Assembly (NCBI RefSeq): GCF_018977255.1
Contig: NW_024704743.1
Location: 100,008,001-100,072,000 of the forward strand
Source of the DNA: Callorhinchus milii
Lineage: Eukaryota
Direction of reading: 5' to 3'
Length of the DNA: 64,000 bases
Of the stretch, positions 23,036 through 37,693 are shown in pieces. Made by a program: the position numbers and the translations under genes. How positions within the stretch are numbered: position 1 is the first letter of the stretch; the number at the start of each line of letters is the position of its first letter. Under the pieces are notes generated by a model. It did not search any database. It had not been told where the DNA came from and worked only from the letters and a program-made list of their open reading frames with translations.

Positions 23036-26000
23036 AATGAGGAATGATGATGCAGAAGCCCATCAGGTCCGTACTTGAACTGTGATGTCCATTCCGCCCT
23101 TATTCTGCACACTAACAATTAATTCACATGGTTTCTATGGCAGGAGTTTATATTTGGTGTAAAGTACATTGAAGGGACAAAAAAAGCATGTGCCAAAGTT
23201 CCATGATTAATTTAAATGGATTTTAGAATAGTATGAAAACTGACTCACATTTTCAGAGCTTCCTGAAAGGGAGGTGATGGAATTTCCTGACTTAAGCAAA
23301 ATTTAAAAAAGACAGTAAAGACACAGAGAGGTCTACTGTACATCTCCCAGATAAGTTCTCTTAATACAGATTTTGATCTGCAGTATCTTACTCCTTGATA
23401 GCCCAACTCATTAATGGCTTAGTGCTACAACAGCAATGCATTCATCCATCCTACTGATGAGACGTTAAGCTGAGGTCCCATTTGCTCGTTCAGGTGGATG
23501 TTAAAGATCCCATGGCACTCATTGAAAAGAGAAGGGAGTTTCTCCTGATGTCCTGGACAACAATCGCCCAAATAAAATTTATCATTAACTCCATGGCTGT
23601 TGGTGGGACATTGCTGTGTGCAACTGGTTGCTGTGTTTCGTCCACAAAATATGGTTAATCCTTTTTTACGATATATCCTATGAAGCACTTTGAGATGTAT
23701 CAATGATGTGATAAGGTGCTATGGCAAATGCAAGGATTATTATTATTATTTACTAAGTCATCAGAAGAGCTATATGTGGTTTCTTGCCTCTTGCAGGCAT
23801 CCTTGTCAGCATTGAGTGGCATTTACATCACACAGCAGTGACAAGGAGAACAGAATTGATATTACCAAATTATTCATGGAAGTTCACTTCCCAATTGATA
23901 ACTATAGATCATTTAAAAGACAGACCCTGTGACCAATGCTCAGTCAAGTCAACAGCACATAAGCTCAGTACCAGTCCACCCCTTTGCACAGATATAGAAT
24001 GTGTAATGAGCTTTGCAACTCTTGCTTGGTGGAAACCTAATCCACTGCTGGGAGACAGTGGAGAAATCATCATGAGCGGTTTGACATTGGGGCACTGTGG
24101 GATCTATCTGAGTTCCATGTTCATACTCTGTGTCATATAACTTTAAATAAATCTTCCAGTATTACTGTCCTGTACTATTGTTATTTTATTGAGTTTTGCA
24201 AAAAGAATCCATGTCAAGATAGGTCATAAATTGATGGGAATATAAATTGGGAGGCTTTGAAAATTAAAAACACATCAAAACCATTCAAGATAAACCACAA
24301 TTCCATGACCTAATCACAGCTCAGAGTCGGTACTGAAAACTATGGATGTCTTAAAGTACCCAGTCAGGCTTGGCTACAGTGCCCCCAGTGGGTGAATGGT
24401 CTAATGACGGTCTTGACTCACTCATGAACAATGCCACTCAAGCGAGGTATTGAAGGGCAGTTAGCAGCTGCAGAATTAGACTGGAGTGCAAGTCAGCATC
24501 AGCAGAGAAAGGGACAGTGATGGAAGGGAGATGTTAGTACTAGTTTTGCTGTGAGAAAACCATTGAAGAAATATTTAGTTGAATCGACTTATAAAAAGTT
24601 ATAGAAATCAATATAAACTTTTATATTGCTAAATTATCAATGTACAGATATAGAGAGCAAACGCCATTGAAGATTATCTTGGCTTTATAGAAACAGTTCA
24701 AGAAAATAAACCCCATTGTCCATGCCAATTTGAATGTCATTCTCTGTGAGCGCAATAATCTCACACACAAAAAAACAAGTGGGATGGTAATTTCATAGAA
24801 TTTTGATTCGGTATCAAATTCTCGAACTGAAGACAACAACAACTTGGATTTATGTAGCGCCCTCCACGTCAGACGGCGTCTCAGAGCGCTTACAGAGCGC
24901 TCAGAGAATGACAACACTGTAGAATGGATCTTTTAAGCATGGATGTGTACTGTAACTTATTGCACTGTTTAAGAAAAGCAGAGTTTATTTGACTATCCTG
25001 ATGTCAAAGAATTGCTTCCACCAAATAATTGGAAAACATTCAGATTCAACTATGAAAATAGATGTATCAAAGAATGTAACGCATCTTGTGGACTTAATTG
25101 TCATTTACGGTTTATTTTGAACGTGTGTTTTTTCTGTATCTTATGCTTTTGTCAATTTAGTTCAGTTGGTATCACGCGTCTCTGGCTCAAAGCCCTACCA
25201 TAAATTTTGAGCTTGTATTCTGGGCCGACAATCCAGTGGTGTACTGATCAAAATGTTGCATTGACAGAGGAACCCTTTTTTGATAAGACAAACCAAGATC
25301 CAGTCTGCCTGCTCAGGTAGATGTAAAGAAACCTACAATACTATTTGAAAAAGGTCCCAGTATCCAAACCAACAATACTCTAGATTAAATGACTGTTCAC
25401 CTCTTGGGAGGAAATTATTGTTAAAATGGCTGCTGTTATTTTGTCCACAAAAGCAATCATTACACTTGACATCAGTTACTTGCAAACGGTTAGAGTTTTA
25501 CATGATAAAATCAGTATAAAAACACGTTCTTTCAAATGCAAGTTATTGTTCTTATTATTGAATTTATGTTGACTCAATATTGTAATTCAGACATCAATAA
25601 AATGTAGATATTTTTTAAATAGAAACCCTAGTTATTCAATCAAATTCATTATTTGCAATTGTTCCTGAATGATGGACACATGAAGTCTAATTAAATGTTA
25701 AATGACATATGAAATGTTCAAATATCAAAATAAAATGGATTGAGAAACACTGGTGGATCCTGCATTCTGTGCTAATGGGTAAACAAAACCCCAAGGTATG
25801 TAAAACCTTCACAGCCATAACTTCAATTTTCCATATTGTGAAATTGAGCTCATGGTCTAGAATGATACTCCCAATAGGCGAGGACACGTTTGCAGGGCTA
25901 TGGGGAGAGCGCGGGGGAATAGGACCGAATTAGATAGCTCTTTTCAGAGAGCCAGCACAGACATGGCCTCCTTCTGTACTGTTTAATTCTATGAAAACAG

Positions 26001-27225
26001 CGCTGGGATGAACTGCATTGTGGGCGGTGCTGCTCTTCAGATCAGACATTAAACCAAGATCCTAATCGCTTGGTTAAGTGGCTATTAAAGGGTCTGAGGT
26101 ATTGTTCAAAGAAAAAGTTTGTCTCAGTGTCTTGGCCAACAATTCCTTGGACAAAATTGGTCATTCGTTTCATGGCTGTTAGTCGACATCACTGTGCACA
26201 AATTACCTACAGCATTTGCTTACCAAGCAGTCATAACAGTTTACAGAAAGCTCTTGTGAAGCACTTTGAGATGTTTCAACATAAATACAATAGTAAATGA
26301 AATTCAATAATGTATTTAGCAACCCACCAACCTTGCTTCAACAGCTTCCACCTCTGCGACCTTTATCAATCAGAACTGTGGGATCACGGGAAAACAACCT
26401 CCAAGTCACTCACTATCCTGGACGTTTTAGTCCCATTCCTTTAGTCACTGGGTCCAATTCCTGGTATTCCCTACCCAACACCATTTGTGGGAGTACCAAC
26501 ACCACAAGGGCTGGAGTGGGTCTGAGCCCTTGTGTTGGTACTCACCACTACCTTCTCAGGGAAGCCAATCCTGCCAGCATCGACCACATCCTGAGATAAA
26601 AAAAACCCCACTTTGGTGCAATACTAACACCATTCACCTACAAAACAGTCACTACACTGTGAAGTGCGTTGAGACATTCTCCCAACGTGAAAGGCGCAAA
26701 TATCAAATGAATGGATCACCTCTGTTACATTATGAGAGGGCGTCCCAAGCCATGAGAAGCCACCTGCTCAGACTATTGTGGATTGAGGAAAAGAAGAGCT
26801 CCATTCATGCATACTTCACCCAATGCCACATTCATAATGTGTGCGTCCAGATAATGAGGTCAGCAATGCAGGGCATCACAGTTAAGCCCAATCTCATCAT
26901 CCAGTGTTCACAATTTTCAACAAAGTCATTGGATAGAAAACATGAGCTGAAGCCTGGCTGTCTTGCCCCCACTGCTCAGTAGCTGCGGGATACTGTAGCA
27001 CTCACAACACACACTGAGGTTGAGATCAGCTAATTTAGTAGAGACTGGGATGCAAATAAGTAATCTTCCATTTTTGTGACCTAGTGCTGAACCGGTTCCT
27101 TTACCATCAAAAGAACTTAAGGTCTCCTGTTAACTGGGTTTACCTCCAATTTAAAATTCATCCATTAGTCATATGGTTGGTGATGCAGATTAGTTGCTGT
27201 GTTTTTCTTCTGTATAACATTCAAT

Positions 27226-27800
27226 TTTATTTCTAATCAATTTTATTCAGTGCTTCAAGACATTCATTTCATGCAAAAAGTATTATACAAATACAAATTA
27301 AAAGTATGCCATAAAAACAAAAAAAGTTTTGTATTTTGTCTTTAATTCCATGGTTTTAAGAAGAAATCTCCTACAACATGAATAGTGTGTACACACACAC
27401 ACATGGATGTTATTGTAGATTGTGTTAAATACAATATGATGGCTTCACAATCCAACAAAAAATACTGATGTTTACTGAAACTTTGTCATTACTGCATTTC
27501 AACAAGCAGTTTAGCTGTGGTTTCCTTAAACTAATGTACATGATGAAAAGTTGCCAAATCTCAACTTAATGCCAATACAACTTCACTCAGTAAGAAGCAG
27601 GAGAATTGTACCCCAACATCACCATGGTTCGGGGGGGAAAATACACAAAATGACATTATAAAAAGTCACCAATGGTACAATTTCTTTCTTCAGAGTTAAA
27701 AGAGAAGTATTCAAAGAAAAGGCATTTAAATTACTATCCTCGCCAAAAATCAAGAGGATATTGAGATCATCCTACATGACATGAGATTTAAAACTTTATT
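27226..27800 (-). terminator. Candidate lipin polyadenylation signals
   Basis: AATAAA on - strand (tttatt on +) at 27795-27800, 27242-27247 and 27226-27231, in an AT-rich, repeat-free 3' UTR. Confidence 0.45.
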
Positions 27801-28933
27801 ATAAAATGTGCTTCCAAAAACATAAAAAGACCCTTAGCAATAGGATGTTTAATTGTGTTCCCACGAGTGTCTTGGCAAGGGTAACTAAAACATTATCTTC
27901 TTTTTTCAAAACAATACAACACTCGAGAGCTCCAGGATAAGCGCACTGAAGCTATTATTTAAGACAAGTTGAAGTAACAGAATATGATTACTTCTGGAGC
28001 TTCCTTATGATCAGTACTTTACATACATCCATTTTAAAGTGATTAATTCTCTTTTCATATGGTGTGTTCTCATAAACACACTAATTTACATCTTTCACAG
28101 AAAGAACAAACTTATTGTAATAATATTGTGCAATGCCCTAAAGTAAAATTCTTCACTTACTGTGTTCCGTGTTGCAGGACCGACAAACATGAGTGAATCC
28201 CATCAACAGAACAAAGGCTTTTATCACGAAGGGTATGTGGCAGAAACTTGGGAGTATGACCAAATACCTTTGGAGCAGAGATTCAGCTGCAAATCTTCAG
28301 CTAAAAGTCAAACTTTTCTCTGATATATTCTATAACGTTGCTGCCACATATTCTATTCGTGCTTTCAAAGTGCTGATTAAAATGTGAAAACTTGCGTTCT
28401 ATGTTGGGCGAGGTGAAGCGGTACCCACTGAAACCAGAAGTGAAATGAACTTGGGAACTGTTGTGGAATATCATTGAGTTCCAGGTTTCTTTCATTGTAC
28501 TTAGCAGTCTCTGGGCACCACTTTTCGGGGTATAAAAATTAGTTAATATAGCTCTGCTGTAAAGCATCAACTTAACCCTGTAATCCAAGCTACTTGATCA
28601 AAAACCTTTCTCGAAAGTAGCAACAATGGTGGTGAGTGCAGTGGGTTAGACACGATGTGCAACATTCTTACATAAGGACACAGTGGATCAAAAAGAGGGA
28701 CTTTCCTTTCTGATGTAATGAATAGATAAAATGAGGACTAAACTATGTTCCTGAGAGAATTCTGCTGGTATTAAACTGCGTGACCTTAACTTTAAACATA
28801 ATGTTACCACAATAGAATTCTTGGTCCTTAAAATAAACTGAATATATCTTTAGAAATCTATACCTGAATCGAACTTGAAAAACACTGTATAAACACTGGA
28901 AAGTCTTTCGAAGAGTGTGACCAGCAGCAATAT

Positions 28934-29078
28934 TTAGGCTAGTTCTTCTAGCCTGATGTCAGGGAGCGGATCTCGCCAATAGTTGAAGTAGCTGTACTCG
29001 GGGTAAATGAAAGCAGAACACTGTTCTTGACTGAGCAAAGGGAAAACATGCTCAACAAGTTCGCTCAGCCGAATGTAC
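28934..29078 (-). CDS. LPIN2: Lipin terminal coding exon
   Basis: [50 protein letters not shown] at 28936-28934. Confidence 0.96.
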
Positions 29079-29191
29079 CTAAAGATGGAAAGAATTAAGA
29101 TGGTCACTCTCGAATGACATGCTCCACACAACAAAGAGCCAATACTATGTTTGAACTATACATTCGTCTTGAAGGCTATTACAATACTCAC

Positions 29192-29295
29192 GAAGATTTA
29201 TTGCCTTTGGTTTGTTCCTGTATCAGTTCGCCTCTTGGATTTACTGTGAAGATTCTATAGTCCGGGACTCCTACTTTTTTGTAGGCATAAACATC
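29192..29295 (-). CDS. LPIN2: Lipin coding exon 18
   Basis: [34 protein letters not shown]; 104 nt; AAG acceptor, GTGAGT donor. Confidence 0.96.
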
Positions 29296-29676
29296 CTTTA
29301 AAATAAAAGAAAATGCTGAAAATCCACTTGTGATCAAAACCAAGCAGTCTGGGTTTTATTCATCAGAATTGGGTCAGCTGTAAAATCAATTTAAAGCGTG
29401 CACTCTCCAGTTTGCATGCATTTTACATTAATAATTATTATTATAATAATAATACGTTTCAGCCACTCTTGTGGTCTTGGTCAGTGACAACAGTATCACC
29501 TTACAGACAGTTGTGTAAAGTGAACGCGGTCATAATGAACAAGGTTGAGACTGGCCAAACATATAGGCATCATTTTATTAATTTGGATTGAATTAAACTC
29601 CACATCCTGGAGAAGCCAGTGCATTTACAAAGAATGGAGACAGGCCCATTCAGTCCAAAGTTATTTATCTCCACAT

Positions 29677-30365
<689 letters not shown>

Positions 30366-31526
30366 TTAAATAATCATCACAGAGAATAATGAGCATCTTC
30401 GAGGTAAATCATTGAGTAGGTAACACGTCAGTGATATCAATCTCTTCTGGATTAATTAACTGTTGAAGACGGGTTGTTTAAAAGCAATCCAAATAAACAA
30501 AGATCACTGTTCCTTGAATAGTTTACAGTCCAGAATATTTCATGGAACTAATGTTTAGTTTATTTTTGTTAGTTTCTTTTCCCTTCCTAAAGGAACAGGA
30601 AAACACATATGCAAGTGTGTGTATTGTTTGCAGGACTTTGGAAATAGCACTCCAGATTCATCCATTCTCTCAACTACTCTCTCTGCCTTGATAGTGCGGC
30701 TAAAATATGGAAATTTACCAAATGGGGGAAAATCACATTTGTTCACTAGCACAAGATTTTTCATCTAAAAATTAGCTGTAAATATTTCAGATACTATTAC
30801 ATAATCAAGTTGCATCACCTTGTACTTGGGTACTTTACTGCGCATCATTTGCTTTGGGGTTTGAAGCTATACATTTGAAGGGAGAACCAATATGCTGGTA
30901 TTTTCCTTGACAAATTGCTTTAGTTTTGCTCGCAAATCTAATCTTTAGAAACCAGAAGCCTACATTTCTCACATGAAAAGTCAGTCTAAATTTTAAGTGC
31001 AGAATTTGGGAAGATTCTTCATTTCAATTTTAATTTGGAAGCTGATTTTCCACTGGTTTGTTTAAGAACAATGAGCAAACAGCTTCCAAACTAAGGCTGA
31101 ATCTTTAGCAAGTCCTTAAATATTCAGACATCTTAATGAATTTCTGGCACACATCATTCACAAAATATACAGTCAATTCACTTTACAGTATATTCTGTGA
31201 AGCACTCTGAGATGTCTCGAAGATGTGATAAGGCGCTATATCAAATGCAAGGATTATTATACGATAAAATGTTCCAGTGTAAATATCCAAACTTTCCTTC
31301 AAGAGAACAGAATCGGTGGAGTACAGTCCAAAAGAAAACAATGACTTCACGGACAGAAGGAGCTGGATGGTTGAGTCAATGGACTTCATGTTCAAAGCCT
31401 GGTGTTAATGCAAAACAAACCTACATGGATGTCTAAATCAACCAGTGACAGTACAGACAGGCTCACTTTCTTGCCCGATTCTTACTACTGTTACTTTGCT
31501 CACACTCGACTAACAGAGGTACGTAC

Positions 31527-31613
31527 TCGTGTATTTTATGGTAAAGTTGAGCAATCCCTGGATGTGTCCAGTCCTTGCCCAGCTGAGGAAGGATCTGCCC
31601 CAAGGCATCAGAC
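31527..31613 (-). CDS. LPIN2: Lipin coding exon 15 (LxxIL coactivator motif)
   Basis: [28 protein letters not shown]; 87 nt. Confidence 0.96.
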
Positions 31614-32607
31614 CTGCAAGAAAAAAAACAAAGGTTAATGCAACACACAAATGGCAGAATATTAATACAGTCCATCTTTTATTATCTAGATCTATTTTTA
31701 AATAAATCCAAAACACAACTACATTTTTCTATTAAATAAACAGCACCAATATAGAGATTTGAGTATTACTGGCTCTTAATGTCACATTTATGATATCAAT
31801 GGCTCTTAATGCAACAGTTTCTATGGTGGCCTGAGTTCCCAGTGACCAAGTTACAGTGCAGGGAGGAAGCATACATCATACACCACACAATGTTAACTTT
31901 TTAAATATCATGAATTGCGACATTCACCCCTAATCTGTGGGAAAGGTCCTGTGCAGCTACGGAGTCAGGAACCTACATTACCAGTGCATATGGATAGGCT
32001 GAGTACTCAGCCTTCCCATACCAAAAGGTGCATTGTTTTTGTCCTCTGGAGTAAACAGCAGCAAAGAATACAAACTCCTTTAGATTTAAGCAACATACCA
32101 AAAAGAATGAAATTGCATTTTAGAAAATCAAAAGATGTTAACATAAAAAAGGAAACTTTGTGCAAACAGTTTTCCATATACAGTGCAGCCTGCTAGAATG
32201 CACTTCTTTATAGTGAGGATTTTATAATAATATTGATTCAATTTCTAGCCTGTTCACTTTCCACGTGCTGGCCAGCTCTCACACAAAAACGACTTCTACG
32301 TTGTCAAGTTGCCGCCAAAGCCACAACGCACATACGATAAACACAGAAAGTGACTGATGACCTGGAAGATGGCCTTTCTTTAGTGTGGGAAAAGTTGCTG
32401 GGCAAGGAATGAGCCGGCCATCTGCTCATATACGGAGTGAAACCACCTCTCATGTCTCTTGTTACATGGATCCCAACCACTGCATTATAAGAGGGCTCCT
32501 CCATGGTCAGATCTTTTCACTTCACTGTTCTACCTGCATGTCACTCATCAGAGCTATTATCAGAGTAAATTGGTACTAACATGAATGCTTCCATATACAA
32601 AACATAC

Positions 32608-32756
32608 TTGGTTATGGTTCCATCAATATCGGATATGATGACTTTATCATCCCAGTTCCAGAGGTAGATTGTTCCTTCACAGCGACAGGTACCTTGATAC
32701 TGAGTTGTTATGCTGAACACTGCATCATTTGGCCCCTCTTTCAACTTAAGGCTGGC
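32608..32756 (-). CDS. LPIN2: Lipin coding exon 14 (catalytic DIDGT)
   Basis: [49 protein letters not shown]; 149 nt. Confidence 0.97.
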
Positions 32757-32804
32757 CTGTGGAATGCAAACAGTAAATGCGAAAACTATAATTATTTATG
32801 TATT

Positions 32805-33230
32805 TCCTGGCTTCCCATCTCACAAAGGATACAGTTCAAGATCCTGGTCCTCACCTTCAAAGCCCTCCATGGCCTCGTACCCCCCCCTACCTCTGCGACC
32901 TCCTAACCCCCTACCAACCTGCTCGCTCCCTCCGGGCTCCGGCCTGCTTCATATTCTTCACCTCACCCGTCCCACCATTGGTAGGTGGGCCTTCAGCCAC
33001 TCTGCCCCCACCCTCTGGAACTCCATCCCGCAGTCCCTCTGCCTCACCCCCTCCCTTATGACCCATCTCAAGATCCTCTTCTTCGACTGTGCTTTCGATC
33101 ACCCTCCATCCCCCACTGCCCTCCACTACCTGGATCCCCAGCTCAGGTCTGAAACACTGACTGTCCAACACCTTGAGACATCCTCCCAACGTGAAAGGCA
33201 CTATACAAATGCAATTTTGTTGTTGTTGCT
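32805..33230 (+). mobile_element. L2 LINE 3' fragment
   Basis: WLPISQRIQFKILVLTFKALHGL, AFSHSAPTLWNSIP; tail with (TTG)n. Confidence 0.85.
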
Positions 33231-33303
33231 GTATATAGTTATTGTGATTCAGACATCCTTGCACATTTGTGGTTAAATACATAATTGAAGAAATGCCGCT
33301 TAC

Positions 33304-33448
33304 AATTTGATTGGAGGACAATCTCAGAGATTTCTTGTAGGAGATGGACCCTCCAGGAGTGGCATTCGCTGCAAGTTTTACATCCCTCTCTGTGGATTCA
33401 TGTCGTTTATGTGAATCTTCATCACTGGAAAAGTCTTCTTTGGACTCA
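33304..33448 (-). CDS. LPIN2: Lipin coding exon 13
   Basis: ESKEDFSSDEDS...SYKKSLRLSSNQI; 145 nt. Confidence 0.93.
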
Positions 33449-34470
33449 CTAGAAATGTTGAAATGGAATGAAAAAGCATGAGATATCCTGATCCACATCC
33501 GGAATAATTCCACAGATGACTGATAGGTGGAGCTACAGCTCTCTTGTAAGTACTGTACATTCAGCCAGCTATCACAAGTTCTACATATGCATACACCTAT
33601 GTGTGGAAATGTCCCAGTCTCTGGATTGGAACGTACATTCTTCTCCCCAGTGGGTCACACCCTGCTCACCCAATTCTATAGTGTATGAGGCACAGGTAGA
33701 CAAGAGCCAAGGCTGATGATCCCAGCAAGTGCATTGAGTTTAACCAGCTGAAACCACATAGCTTGGCATTGAGAGCAGAGTCCAGCAAGTATTCCACTAG
33801 TTGAACAGCTAGGACCACCCTACCTGTTAGATGCTTAGCTTGCAGAGTGAACAGCAGTAGAGAGTTAGTTCTATATACTGTACACATGAATAAAATGACT
33901 TTCTTGGCCCACATTGATGGGAGTAAGAATGCTTGAATAAAAAAATCTTAATTTCAATAAAACCACTATAATCCTGGCAGTGGATGGATAAAATTAGTCA
34001 TTTACTTCATGGATGTTTGTAGGAATTTGCTGTGCACAAATTGGCTACTGTGTTCATCTACAAAATAGTCACTATACTTTTATAGTAACATTCTTTGAAG
34101 CCCTTCAAGATATTTTGCTGATGTGATAAGATGCAATATTAAATGCCAGGATTATTATTAAACCCTAATAATACTCAAGGCTCACACACAGAATAATTGC
34201 TTGGGAGAGATACTGAAAGATCCTGGCACCCAGCGAACTGTACCTCAATATCAATTATAGCCCACAAGTCAAAAGGGGAGAGTAAACAAAAATCACTTTT
34301 TCTAAAAAAAAGCAAGGCCACAATTTGTGGAACATTGCTATGCACAAAATGGCTACTCGTTTGCCAACAAATAAACAATCACTATGCTTGACAGTAAAAT
34401 TTGGGAAAGTGCTTTGAGATGTCAACAACAACGTGAAAAGCCGCTATATCAAATGCAAGGATTATTTAAC

Positions 34471-34541
34471 CTTCTAGCGATAGGATTTCCATCTGGATCA
34501 GCTTTATTGTCTTCATTCAGTTTTTCCTGTATTGCTTCTGG
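34471..34541 (-). CDS. LPIN2: Lipin coding exon 12 (poorly conserved linker)
   Basis: PEAIQEKLNEDNKADPDGNPIAR; 71 nt. Supplies the phase 0 to phase 2 bridge required between its neighbours. Acceptor ctcttttggcag|, donor AG|GTTAAA. Confidence 0.75.
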
Positions 34542-35091
34542 CTGCCAAAAGAGAAACAGAACTTATCATTGCATTTCATTTAAAATGAAAGCCAAAGCAA
34601 GATATTTCTTACACATCACAGGATGTATGACAGCAATTTCGCCTCTCACCCATGGACAAAAGTATTAAAAGATTTTCCTCCGACAGCCAACCGGACAAAG
34701 GTGAACACTAAACCACACAGAATAGATAACCCAGAACTCAAAATCCTTTTGTGCTGGTGTCAACCTGGGAAATTAGCAGTAGAGGCTCCACAAATGGCCC
34801 GAGCATTTGGCTCGGTGTCAGACTCCGCCACTGTCATGTGGTCCGGGACACTACCCCGCGTGAAGGGCGCTATTTCATGCAAGTTGTTATTGTTCCTCCG
34901 GGGACAAATAACTTGCCAACAAAGATCACACTTTGAAAATTGTAATGCAGATTGTGGGTGGAATCAATTTCCAATGGAAGGGGGGAGAAATTTTGGTCAG
35001 AAAAAACACTCCTAGAAAATTGACTGGAGTTTAATTTTGCCAGAGTGACAAAATTAACCATTGGTTTGGAATACATCAAGTCTAGTATTAC

Positions 35092-35181
35092 CTGAGTGAT
35101 TGTATTCTCTCTCTTGCGCCAGAACCACCATCGACCGGACTTCTTTGGCATCTTCTCTTTAGCCCAAGCATCAATTGTGGT
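35092..35181 (-). CDS. LPIN2: Lipin coding exon 11
   Basis: TTIDAWAKEKMPKKSGRWWFWRKRENTITQ; 90 nt. Confidence 0.95.
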
Positions 35182-35404
35182 CTGCAGGCAGTGAAGCAGA
35201 ATTGGTACTTTTAGAGCTGTGTTCATTTAAGCAACAAAATCCCCATAGTCCGTTAAAATCCCCATAGTCCCATAGGATGACCATCAGAGAATATTAATTC
35301 AACTACAAGACCCCATTCAGTTTCCTTAAATTTAAAGATTTTGTGTTTGATTGATTACAAGAGTGGGTTAAACTCAGATTATATTATCTAATGTGGAGGA
35401 CTAT

Positions 35405-35764
35405 GTGGAGCCCTATAGCTCGGTAGTTAAGAGCACTCGTCTCGCAAGCGAGAGAACCTGGATTTGATTCCCGACAAGGTGAAATGCTGGGCAAGTTTCC
35501 TTACTCCCCAACCCTCTGTTTACCTAGCAGTAAGTAGGAACCTGGTTGTTAGTCGATTGGCGCATCACCTTTCCTTCAAAAATAAATAAATAAAAATTTG
35601 GTCAATCAATACACAACTGTTTGTGGGACACTGCTGTGCGCAATTGAATGCCATGTTTCGCCCACAAAATATACAGTCAATTCACTTTATAGTATATTCT
35701 GTGAAGCGCTTTGAGACGTCTTGAAGACATGATAAGACACTATCAAACGCAAGGATTATTATTA
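35405..35764 (+). mobile_element. tRNA-derived SINE, long subfamily
   Basis: Same head, body and tail as the other copies. Confidence 0.9.
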
Positions 35765-36221
35765 CATTGCATGTATATATATTTTATATATTTTTTTAAA
35801 AATCACATAAGCTTGAAATCCATCTTTACTCATAGTTCCCTTTTACAATCACCTGAAGTTATTTTCCATGGTTCACAGACTTAAAAAAAAATCGCTCAAT
35901 TATCTAGTTTACAGGCAGTTTGAGATTGCTCAATCCATCCACTAAACTGCCCCATTTTTTTTAAATATATGAACTGTACATCTTGGTGGTAGGGGAGTGG
36001 GGGACAGAAGAGGGGAGGGATAAGTGTAATGGGGTCATACAACCGATGCACTTTGGCTAACAGTACATCTTTAGTTCCACAAAAGGGATAGGTGATCTTA
36101 AAAAACAGCATTACCTAGCAGCTAACAGATTTTTTTGTTTGATCCTCTTGCACGGACAGGATGTATGTTTTGTAACATTAAACAATTGGGCTGTTCAAGT
36201 AATCTTCATCTTATACTTTAC

Positions 36222-36291
36222 CTTGGGGAGGCTCTTCTGGAAAGCTTGCATGCTGAGGATCATAGGAGCTGCCAGCGCCCAGTTGAAGTAT
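36222..36291 (-). CDS. LPIN2: Lipin coding exon 10 (M-LIP)
   Basis: [23 protein letters not shown]; 70 nt. Confidence 0.95.
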
Positions 36292-37043
36292 CTGTAAAAG
36301 TACACATTTTAAATAAATCATGTCCTCAATAATAACAACGAATCCTAGAGTTACGTGGATTAGTACAGCACGGAAACAGGCCATTTGGCTCAACTAGGAG
36401 GCAAAGGCACCAACTCAGGAGTTTAACATTTATGGGGTAGATTATCAGTTAGTTCTTTGGTTGAAAAACTTTGGGCTCCTTAGAATTTGCAGGTGTAATA
36501 ACACGTTCCAAAAATGCTTTGTGTGATAAACTATTCTTATCTTGCTCTAAAGAATCTAAACCATCCTTGCCTTAAATGTAAGGCCAATAACTATGAATTC
36601 TGTTGTGCTTCGTTTAAGAATTTTTAAAAAANTCAATGCCTCAATTTATTCAGAGAAGTGGACTGACACCTAAGGGATACTATATATTTACTGAAAACTG
36701 CCATAAATAAAATGCACAAAGCATAAATTGCATGCGATTTGAGAATATTTTACTCTAAAGCTTGGCTAGGAAATTATGATAGGATTCCTCATTGTGAATA
36801 AAATGTAACTTAATAAACTGCAGATCAATAAACTAACCAGGTTAAAATAGATGAAATTAAAAACTGAATAGATTGTTGATTCAAGCAAATGTATTTATTA
36901 AAAATGCATTAAACTGGAAGAAAAAAGCCAAGAGCAACTTTCCTATTGGTTGCCATAAAATTAAGCAATATTTTAGTCCAAAATGCACTTCACACAAACT
37001 CACCAATAAGAAGATGGTCAGTAATATTGTTTGATTACTATAC

Positions 37044-37137
37044 CTGTTACGAATTCTTATAACAAGATTAGGATCATCTATAAGGCTGGGATTTTCCGCA
37101 AATTCAAGATGGGTAACAACGTGCTTCAAGAATTTTT
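37044..37137 (-). CDS. LPIN2: Lipin coding exon 9 (M-LIP)
   Basis: [31 protein letters not shown]; 94 nt. Confidence 0.95.
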
Positions 37138-37311
37138 CTGAAAAACATTTTTTGTTAAAATGCTATTAAAAAGTATTGAAGCTGAACTGTCCTATCATGC
37201 TGTTTACTAGTACGATGAGGTCAATTTGAACAACTATAAACAGGATTACACAGATGTACAAACTGTGATATAGAATGAAAGTGGGTAATTCGGCCCAAAT
37301 AGTCCGTATTT

Positions 37312-37693
37312 ATAATAATAATCCTTGCATTTGATATAGCGCCTTATCACATCTTCTAGATCTCTCAAGGCGTTTTACAGAATATACTGTAAAGTGAATT
37401 GACTATATATTTTGTGGGAAGCCAATTGCGCACAGCAGTATCCCAAAAGAGTCATAGATTGAGTGACCAAATTATTTATTTATTTTTAAATTGTATTTTT
37501 TTATATAAAGGGATTATTATTCACGGAAAAGCGATCCACCAATTGACAACAACCAGGTTCCAACTTACTACTAGGTAAACAGAGGTGTGTGGAGCAAGGA
37601 AACTTGCCCAACATTTCGCCTTACCCAGGAATCAAATCGAGGTACTCCAGCTTGTGAGACAAGTGCTCTAATCACTAAGCTACAGGACTCCAC
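37312..37693 (-). mobile_element. tRNA-derived SINE, long subfamily
   Basis: Reverse-complement homolog of 35405-35764. Confidence 0.9.

Noticed and set aside
24600..24660. Distal lipin poly(A) site (AATATA variant on -)
   Set aside because: UTR-like composition only, with a non-canonical signal beyond several repeats.
36632..36632. Ambiguous base n
   Set aside because: Sequencing/assembly uncertainty in an intronic A-run.
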